From Clostridia bacterium (GTDB lineage Bacteria; Bacillota; Clostridia; UBA1381): a stretch of DNA of 64,000 nt. The stretch spans positions 6,754 through 70,753 of the forward strand of contig JAOAAV010000015.1 in NCBI GenBank assembly GCA_026418715.1, read 5' to 3'. The translations under genes and the position numbers were made by a program. Below the pieces are notes generated by a model. It saw nothing but the letters and a program-made list of their open reading frames with translations. It was not told the DNA's origin and made no database searches. This document shows positions 30,145-36,485 of the stretch, in pieces; within the stretch, counting starts at the first letter, position 1, and each line of letters begins with the position of its first letter.

Positions 30145-30200
30145 AAGTTTAGATTTATTTGGTGAAAAATCGAGAACAGTTTCTGCTTTTTGAAAAAACG
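30145..30200 (+). repeat. Dispersed intergenic motif, copy A (AAGTTTAGATTTAT ... ACAGTTTCT ... TGAAAAAACGG)
   Basis: The 13-mer AGTTTAGATTTAT is identical in copies A, B and C. Flanking similarity to B is about 63% over a further 54 nt. Confidence 0.6.
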
Positions 30201-30314
30201 GTTCGCAGGCTGAGCGCTCGGAGGATGTCAAGGGGCTAAGCTGTTTCTGCCGAGAATAGAAACGTTGAAATATTTTTGCAAAATGGTTTTTTGACGTTAT
30301 CAGATATTAAGGAG

Positions 30315-30416
30315 TTTTTAATATCTGTATTCTGTCATAATGCAGAAAAATTATTTATTAAAAAAGCATTGAAAACAGCGGATTTTCAATGCTTTTTTAA
30401 CATCACTTGTTTTTTT
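30315..30416. repeat. Direct repeat copy 2 (~100 bp); serves as terminator of the LytTR/DUF3021 operon
   Basis: See copy 1. The hairpin at 30365-30393 lies just after the DUF3021 stop codon (30403-30405), and the repeat end overlaps the last codons of that gene. Confidence 0.9.
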
Positions 30417-30825
30417 TCTTGTATTCCTCAAGCCGCTTGTTCAGTTCCTCATTTTCTATTTTGTAATAGATGGAGAACGCCGCAAAGATAAACACATATA
30501 TGATGACAAAAGTAATGGTAAATTGCAAAAATACATTTAAGTTTTCGATGTAGTTCCAGCCGAATATAATGGAAAATAAAATAATGCTTATATATCCGAC
30601 TGTGCTGTGCACTAAAAGCTTTATATGCATTGGCAATTTCGTCAAATAAATATAGTGCAGACCGCTGCCAAATACGCACATGGCAAAAATCTGCCATATG
30701 GTTTTAAAATCAAAAGCGCGCAAGCCATGAAAATAGCCGATTATAGACGCCAGCAAAACGGCGCCCATAAAATATAATCCTAACATAAATTTCCATTCTG
30801 CGATTTTCCATATCCACTTGCTCAT
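30403..30825 (-). CDS. DUF3021-type 4-TM membrane protein (putative membrane partner/inhibitor of the LytTR regulator)
   Basis: 140 aa with four hydrophobic segments and a charged C-terminal tail. It lies immediately downstream of a stand-alone LytTR gene, a recurrent pairing. Confidence 0.7.
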   Translation of the reverse strand: MSKWIWKIAEWKFMLGLYFMGAVLLASIIGYFHGLRAFDFKTIWQIFAMCVFGSGLHYIYLTKLPMHIKLLVHSTVGYISIILFSIIFGWNYIENLNVFLQFTITFVIIYVFIFAAFSIYYKIENEELNKRLEEYKKKNK

Positions 30826-30854
30826 AATAACACTTCCTTCACAAAATAATCTTC

Positions 30855-31295
30855 CTACATTCCCAAACGTTTTTTCAAAATTGGGGCATATTGCCTTGAA
30901 ACTTTGAGCCTTTCACCATTTTCCATTTCCAAGTCGATAACTGAATTGTAATTTTGTTTTATATTTTTGATTTTAGAAATATTAACAACGGTGGATTTTG
31001 TTGCTCTGAAAAAATCTTGCCATCTCATCTCCACTTCATAGAGCTTCAAATCTGTTTCATATACTCTGTCATTTGTATAAATAAATGTTTTTTTGTCAAC
31101 ACTTTCAAAGTACAAAATATCTTTAGGTCTTATAATAAAAGTTCTATTTTCAAGGGTTGCCATTACTTTGTCATCTTGCATTTTTATTCGTGAAATCATA
31201 GATAGTATTTCGTCGTCGCATTGTTTGCATTTGATAATAACTTCCACTTCATCGAAATTGTTTGATTCCTCAACTAAAATCTTAATCATAGACAC
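30855..31295 (-). CDS. Stand-alone LytTR-domain DNA-binding protein (no receiver domain)
   Basis: 146 aa. The LytTR core pattern DILYFESVDKKTFIYTNDRVYETDLKLYEVE...FFRATKSTVVNISKIKNI...LKVSRQY is present. Confidence 0.85.
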   Translation of the reverse strand: MSMIKILVEESNNFDEVEVIIKCKQCDDEILSMISRIKMQDDKVMATLENRTFIIRPKDILYFESVDKKTFIYTNDRVYETDLKLYEVEMRWQDFFRATKSTVVNISKIKNIKQNYNSVIDLEMENGERLKVSRQYAPILKKRLGM

Positions 31296-31336
31296 CCCCG
31301 TTCCCTAAAATATGAAGCTGCAGCCTTCATACTTAC

Positions 31337-31365
31337 AGTATAATTGCGAATTGAACACAAGTCAA
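31337..31365 (-). promoter_or_regulatory. Sigma-A type promoter of the LytTR/DUF3021 operon
   Basis: On the - strand: TTGACT (31365-31360), a 17-nt spacer, then TATACT (31342-31337). The near-palindrome TATGAAG-ctgcagc-CTTCATA (31311-31331) lies between it and the RBS. Confidence 0.55.
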
Positions 31366-31404
31366 TGAAGAAACGCCAAGCGGCATTTTTTTAATACCAA
31401 GACG

Positions 31405-31441
31405 CAAAAAAATTCATGTACTTTACATACATGAATTTTTT
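31405..31441 (-). terminator. Bidirectional intrinsic terminator after the DUF2229 genes
   Basis: AATTCATGTA-ctttaca-TACATGAATT (31411-31420 / 31428-31437), flanked by A7 and T5 runs. Confidence 0.7.
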
Positions 31442-31446
31442 GTATT

Positions 31447-32553
31447 TTAAGCCTTTGCCGGTTTAAGATGAATATTTTCTCTTTTCATAAAAAGCATATC
31501 GGCAAACGCCTCAAGTCGCGTGACATATCCGGCTTCTCCGGTCATTTCATCAAGAATAAGCGTCATAATGGGAACATCATATTTTTCTCGTATTTCATCA
31601 AATGTACATTCAGCAATAATTTCGGGCATACAGGTGAAAGGATAAATCTGGATTATGCCGTCATAACCTTTTCTGCTTCCGATAACGGCGTTGCCGACCG
31701 TATGAATACCGTGTCCGCCTATATCGTTGGTATGAATATATTCATGCGCTAATTTTATAGATTTATCCTGCTTTTTAATGGGAATAAGCCTTTTTATGAA
31801 GTGATGGCGTATCCAAGTTGAAACGCCCATGGTATTTGTAACCTCCACACCCATTTGGCCAAGTTTTCTTTCTATTTCAAGATTTGTAAAGTGGTCACTT
31901 AGTAAAAAAATTTCACCTACAAGGAGAACTTTAATGGGGTGATAATTTTTTTTAAGCTCTATTTTTTTAAGTTCCTCTTTAGCTGTGTTTATTGCTTTGC
32001 TGATATTGATAAATCCGCTTTCTTTCTGCACGTCCTTTTCAAATTTCTTCATTACAACATCCACACTTCCTTCTACAAGCTCACGGCAGCGAATTTTGTT
32101 TGAAAAAGCGTACAGAGCATCTACTTTAAAAACCGTATGAAGTCCGGCGGTAACGGCTTTTGCTATTTTAATTCTGCTCTTTCCTTTCATAAGCGGGCTT
32201 AGCTTTTCAAAAAAATCTCTGTAGCTTATATTGTAAAAATTGATGGGGATATACGTAAACTTGTATCCCAAGCTTTTTAAAATTTCCTGCTGGAGATTCC
32301 CATAATAGCTTTGCCTGCATTGACCGCATCCTCCGCCGAATAAAATCACATCGGCCCCGTCTTCAAGCCCCGATATAAAATTCCCAAGGATTGTTTTAAA
32401 CGGAAGACACATAAATTCAGGAGAGTTTAAAATTCCTTTCTCAAGGGATGTGCGTGAACCCACGGGCGGTATGCAATAATCAATTTCAAGAGTGTCCAAA
32501 AGTACCTTTACTGCAATATAAATATTTCCCATATGAGGGAATGTAACTTTCAC
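31447..32553 (-). CDS. Acyl-CoA dehydratase activase-related protein (DUF2229-type), component 2
   Basis: About 368 aa. It has the pattern KVTFPHMGNIYIAVKVLLDTLE and Cys contexts FMCLPFK, GGGCGQCRQSYYG and YPFTCMPE. The preferred start is the GTG at 32553, just after the upstream stop and behind AAGGAGG; the ORF extends to 32583. Confidence 0.75.
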   Translation of the reverse strand: MKVTFPHMGNIYIAVKVLLDTLEIDYCIPPVGSRTSLEKGILNSPEFMCLPFKTILGNFISGLEDGADVILFGGGCGQCRQSYYGNLQQEILKSLGYKFTYIPINFYNISYRDFFEKLSPLMKGKSRIKIAKAVTAGLHTVFKVDALYAFSNKIRCRELVEGSVDVVMKKFEKDVQKESGFINISKAINTAKEELKKIELKKNYHPIKVLLVGEIFLLSDHFTNLEIERKLGQMGVEVTNTMGVSTWIRHHFIKRLIPIKKQDKSIKLAHEYIHTNDIGGHGIHTVGNAVIGSRKGYDGIIQIYPFTCMPEIIAECTFDEIREKYDVPIMTLILDEMTGEAGYVTRLEAFADMLFMKRENIHLKPAKA

Positions 32554-32554
32554 C

Positions 32555-33475
32555 TTAAACTGATACCTCCTTTGTATCACCAATCATATCAATAAATGCT
32601 TCAAGCCTTGTATCAAAGCCTGCTTCTCCCGTATGCTCATCGAGAGTTATTTTAAGATAAGGATATGATGGATATTTTTTTAAATATCTTTCCAAATACT
32701 CCGTTAAAATAGAATCAACTCCGCAAGAGAATGTAGAAAGATATATTATTCCCTTTACATTCGGCTCATTCATAAATGCAAATGCGCTGCCGAGAATATC
32801 ATAACCCACGGCATAGAAAAAATTTTGCTTTGGATATATATTTTCACGTTTTATAGCAAACGGAACGTCTTTAGGGGTTACAATATCAAAACTAGAGAGT
32901 TTTTTTCGTATATTCATATTGAGAAACTCATCATAAATCAAATACGGATGCCCTAAAATGGCAATATAATTCTTATTACATATAGCAGTTTTCAACGAAT
33001 CGTTTTTAAGGTTGTTTTTGACGGTATTTAGAAATATTTTTACTGCTTTGTTGTAGTCAACGTTAATTTTTTGGGAAAGCTTTCTAAGACTTTCCAGTGT
33101 TTTTCTCATTCCATTATTAAAGTCAATATCGATTTCTATAATTTTCGGCTCGTTTTTTAAATTTATTCTTGCCATGTCAGGCAGACCGCAAAATTTAGGA
33201 CATGAAAATTCAAGTTTATTTGTACTTGTGTAGCGCGGAATGAAAATAAAGTCCGACTTTTTCATCAATTCCATTACATGCCCCATTAAAACCTTGACGG
33301 GAAGACAATTTTCGTTGTTGCAATTCTTTATTCCGTTATCTAATATTTTTTTATTTGTATATTCCGATACAACCACCCTGCATCCGAGACTTTTAAAAAA
33401 GTTTCCCCAAATTTCTCCGTGCTCATAAAACATCATTGCCTGTGGAATTCCTATTGTGACACTTTTTTTCTTCAT
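32555..33475 (-). CDS. Acyl-CoA dehydratase activase-related protein (DUF2229-type), component 1
   Basis: About 306 aa. It has the pattern VTIGIPQAMMFYEHGEIWGNFFKSLGCRVVVS and Cys contexts NCLPVKV, FSCPKFCGLPD and TFSCGVDS. The start is taken at the ATG (MKKKSVTIG); the ORF extends to a TTG at 33502. Confidence 0.75.
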   Translation of the reverse strand: MKKKSVTIGIPQAMMFYEHGEIWGNFFKSLGCRVVVSEYTNKKILDNGIKNCNNENCLPVKVLMGHVMELMKKSDFIFIPRYTSTNKLEFSCPKFCGLPDMARINLKNEPKIIEIDIDFNNGMRKTLESLRKLSQKINVDYNKAVKIFLNTVKNNLKNDSLKTAICNKNYIAILGHPYLIYDEFLNMNIRKKLSSFDIVTPKDVPFAIKRENIYPKQNFFYAVGYDILGSAFAFMNEPNVKGIIYLSTFSCGVDSILTEYLERYLKKYPSYPYLKITLDEHTGEAGFDTRLEAFIDMIGDTKEVSV

Positions 33476-33613
33476 CTGATATAAACACAATCCTTTGCTC
33501 AATTATTAATCGGCGGCAATTATGAGTCTCTAACCTAATAATATCAAAAAATGGACTTGAAACAATTTTGCCCCTGACACAATCTGATTTGCCGCCCGAT
33601 GTCTTTCGGGTTC

Positions 33614-33650
33614 TAAGTTTGAGTTATTTTTTTGAAAAAACAGTTTGAGT
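33614..33650 (+). repeat. Dispersed intergenic motif, copy G (two AGTTTGAGTT units 26 bp apart)
   Basis: The sequence AAGTTTGAGTTatttttttgaaaaaaCAGTTTGAGTT aligns with copy A (AAGTTTAGATTTATTTggTGAAAAAt...ACAGTTT). Confidence 0.45.
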
Positions 33651-33683
33651 TTTCAAGCATAAAACTAAAATTTTTTGCGATAA

Positions 33684-34649
33684 TCACATGGCAACGCTTT
33701 TGTTTGACCATTTTCCGCATTTATCGCCCCAGCGGGCGAGCATTTTCTCGTTTGACGTTATCTCTATCACTTCACAGCAATTTGAACAATCACTGCAGTC
33801 TATGCCTCTCGTTTCAAATTTGTTTTTTGCGTTTTTAAATCCATAAAACCTTGTTTTTGCGCCACCTTTTGCAAAATTGCTTTTTGCAAGCAACGCCGCG
33901 CCGTATGCTCCCATAACGTCGTAATATATGGGGATGACGACCTTTTTTCCTAAAATACGTTCAAAAGCGGCTTTAATTCCCACATTTGCGGCTACACCGC
34001 CCTGAAATAAAATTGTTTCCTCAATTTCTTTGCCTTTGGCGAGATTATTCAGATAATTGCGGACCAATGCTTCGCATAAGCCGCATATTATATCTTCCGT
34101 ATTGTGCCCCGTTTGCTGTTTGTGTATCATATCAGATTCGGCAAAGACGGCGCATCTGCCGGCAATTCTTGTCGGAGAATGCGAACGCAGGGCATAGGAG
34201 CCGAACTCTTCAATAGGAATTTGCAGCCTTTGTGCCTGCCTGTCAAGAAAAGATCCAGTACCTGCGGCACATACGCTATTCATTGCAAAGTCGCTGACTA
34301 CTCCGTTTTTCAAAAAAATAATTTTTGAATCCTGACCGCCGATTTCAAGGATTGTTTTCACGTTTGGATGGAGCTTTCTTGCAGCAACAGCATGCGTTGT
34401 AATTTCATTTTTTACAATATCTGCACCTGTGATAATGCTTGCAAGCTGTCTGCCGCTGCCCGTCGTGCCAACACCGCTGATTGATACATCGCCAAGTTCA
34501 TCTCCTATCATGCAGAGCCCTTCAGTAAGAACACTGATGGGTTTTCCGCTTGTACGCAAATACAGCTTTTTTATTACATTTTCATTTTGATCCATAACAA
34601 TGAGATTTGTACTTACGGATCCAACATCAATGCCAAGATAGCATTCCAT
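33684..34649 (-). CDS. BcrAD/BadFG-family ATPase, HgdC-type (2-hydroxyacyl-CoA dehydratase) activase with a Cys-rich C-terminal tail
   Basis: ASKHA fold (LGIDVGSVSTN, GGQDSK). The two cluster-bridging Cys contexts of activators are present (NSVCAAGTGSF, GRCAVFAESD), and there is an extra C-terminal CSDCSNCCEV...GDKCGKW. The start is taken at MECYLGIDVG behind GAGAGGAG; the ORF extends to 34721. Confidence 0.85.
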   Translation of the reverse strand: MECYLGIDVGSVSTNLIVMDQNENVIKKLYLRTSGKPISVLTEGLCMIGDELGDVSISGVGTTGSGRQLASIITGADIVKNEITTHAVAARKLHPNVKTILEIGGQDSKIIFLKNGVVSDFAMNSVCAAGTGSFLDRQAQRLQIPIEEFGSYALRSHSPTRIAGRCAVFAESDMIHKQQTGHNTEDIICGLCEALVRNYLNNLAKGKEIEETILFQGGVAANVGIKAAFERILGKKVVIPIYYDVMGAYGAALLAKSNFAKGGAKTRFYGFKNAKNKFETRGIDCSDCSNCCEVIEITSNEKMLARWGDKCGKWSNKSVAM

Positions 34650-34775
34650 AGAAAAACTCCTCTCTTTTATAAAATACCGACCGTATGCATAAAATACGCT
34701 CATGTGGCTTATTATTTGCATATCATGGAATTTTTATACAATTTATCAAAAACATTAACTCTAAAAATCTTTTAC

Positions 34776-34804
34776 TTGACCATTGGCAAGATGTATAGTA
34801 AAAT
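34776..34804 (+). promoter_or_regulatory. Sigma-A type promoter of the purine permease gene
   Basis: TTGACC (34776-81), a 17-nt spacer, then TAAAAT (34799-804). Confidence 0.5.
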
Positions 34805-34908
34805 GTGAATGGATTGTGAATAAATTACCAACAAAATTTTAACATAAGTGATTTTTGGTAATAATTTTTGCAAGAAGGTATAAAAAATTAGAATTTGGAG
34901 GATTTTTC

Positions 34909-36330
34909 ATGGACAAGTTTTTTAAACTGCGTGAGAACAAAACTACGGTTTCAACAGAAATTGTAGCGGGTTTGACCACATTCTTTTCTATGGTTTACAT
35001 CATATTTGTAAATCCGGCGATACTGTCACAGACAGGTATGCCGTACGGGGCAGTGTTCCTTGCGACCATAATAGCGGCGGCGGTCGGTACATTGGTTATG
35101 GGTTTATTTGCAAATGTACCCTATGCACAGGCTCCGGGCATGGGTCTTAATGCGTTTTTTACATTTACAGTATGTTTCGGCTTGGGCTTTACGTGGCAGC
35201 AGGCACTTGCGATGGTATTCATCTGTGGTATTGTAAATATCATTATTACCGTGACAAGAATTCGCAAATCTATCATAAAATCCATTCCTGTCAGCCTTCA
35301 GCATGCCATCGGCGGAGGCATAGGCATATTTATCGCATATATAGGCATTAAGAACGCAGGGCTTCTTCAATTTACTTCTGACCCTGGGACATATACATTG
35401 TTAGACAGCGGTACGGTAATTGCAAAAGCAAGCGCTGTTCCAGCTCTTGTAACGCTGAATAATCCGGCGGTGCTTCTTGCTATCATAGGTTTGGTTATTA
35501 TGACGGTGCTGCTTGTACTTAGAGTGAAAGGTGCAATTTTGATTGGGATTGTTGCTGCTACGCTTATAGGCATTCCCATGGGTGTTGTCGATATTTCGAC
35601 AGCAGGGGCAACTTCCAATGTAAGTTCTTCTTTTGCCGATTTGGGGACAACTTTCGGTGCGGCTTTCGGCAAGGAAGGGATGGCATCTTTATTTGCCGTT
35701 CCGTCAAAAATCCCCCTTGTTTTGATGACTATTTTTGCATTCAGTTTATCGGATACATTTGACACAATCGGTACATTTATAGGTACTGGAAGAAAAAGCG
35801 GTATCTTTAGTGCTGAGGATGAAAAAACCATGCAGTCTAGCACAGGATTTAAATCCAAAATGGATAAGGCATTGTTTGCTGATGCAATTGCAACTTCAAT
35901 TGGCGCTGTTTTTGGCACATCAAATACGACAACCTATGTTGAAAGTGCCGCAGGAATCGGTGCAGGCGGTCGTACAGGGTTAACCAGTGTTGTTACAGCA
36001 CTGCTGTTTTTAGTCTGCATCCTGCTCGCTCCAGTTGCTGCACTGGTGCCATCTTCGGCTACTGCGCCCGCTTTGATTATAGTGGGTATTATGATGATGT
36101 CGTCATTCCGTGATATTAAGTGGGATATCTTGGATGAAGCTATTCCGGCTTTCTTTGCTGGAGTATTTATGGCCCTTTGCTACAGTATCTCTTACGGCAT
36201 TGCAACAGGCTTTATCTTCTACTGCATAGTGAAAATTTGCAAGCGTCAGATAAAGGATGTGCATCCGATTCTGATTGTATCGACGCTGTTGTTTATTTTA
36301 AATTTCATAATTCTTGCAGTTATTGAATAA
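34909..36330 (+). CDS. NCS2/AzgA-family purine (adenine/guanine/hypoxanthine) permease
   Basis: About 473 aa. MDKFFKLRENKTTVSTEIVAGLTTFFSMVYIIFVNP is the hallmark N-terminus of PbuG/PbuO-type permeases. The RBS is GGAGGA. Confidence 0.9.
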   Translation: MDKFFKLRENKTTVSTEIVAGLTTFFSMVYIIFVNPAILSQTGMPYGAVFLATIIAAAVGTLVMGLFANVPYAQAPGMGLNAFFTFTVCFGLGFTWQQALAMVFICGIVNIIITVTRIRKSIIKSIPVSLQHAIGGGIGIFIAYIGIKNAGLLQFTSDPGTYTLLDSGTVIAKASAVPALVTLNNPAVLLAIIGLVIMTVLLVLRVKGAILIGIVAATLIGIPMGVVDISTAGATSNVSSSFADLGTTFGAAFGKEGMASLFAVPSKIPLVLMTIFAFSLSDTFDTIGTFIGTGRKSGIFSAEDEKTMQSSTGFKSKMDKALFADAIATSIGAVFGTSNTTTYVESAAGIGAGGRTGLTSVVTALLFLVCILLAPVAALVPSSATAPALIIVGIMMMSSFRDIKWDILDEAIPAFFAGVFMALCYSISYGIATGFIFYCIVKICKRQIKDVHPILIVSTLLFILNFIILAVIE

Positions 36331-36354
36331 GAAGATTGCATATTGATAAAAACT

Positions 36355-36393
36355 GGCAGACATTAGCTTTTTAAGCTTTATGTCTGCCTTTTC
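36355..36393 (+). terminator. Intrinsic terminator after the permease
   Basis: GGCAGACAT...ATGTCTGCC (36355-63 / 36380-88) followed by TTTTC. Confidence 0.75.
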
Positions 36394-36485
36394 AAATTTT
36401 CAATCAGCAAAAAATAGCTTGATTGTGAGAGGAAAAAGTCATATAATATATGTCGTGACTTTATTATAAATTGTAAGGAGTTGCT

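Noticed and set aside
30146-30158. Reading the GTTTAG... motif as a sigma-B-type -35 box (GTTTAA).
   Set aside because: No GGGTAT-like -10 follows at 12-15 nt in any copy, and sigma-B is generally absent from Clostridia.
29115-30416. Classical mobile element (IS, transposon or MITE) explaining the repeat-flanked cassette.
   Set aside because: There is no transposase, integrase or recombinase gene and there are no terminal inverted repeats. The flanking repeats are direct and ~100 bp long, far longer than a target-site duplication. I describe it as a repeat-flanked cassette only.
34722-34908. Purine (guanine/adenine) riboswitch upstream of the NCS2 purine permease.
   Set aside because: The leader lacks the conserved purine-riboswitch core (no UAUAAUCGCG..GGAUAUGGC..CUACCGGG-type junction sequences), and no terminator or antiterminator is apparent. 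Only a plain promoter is seen.
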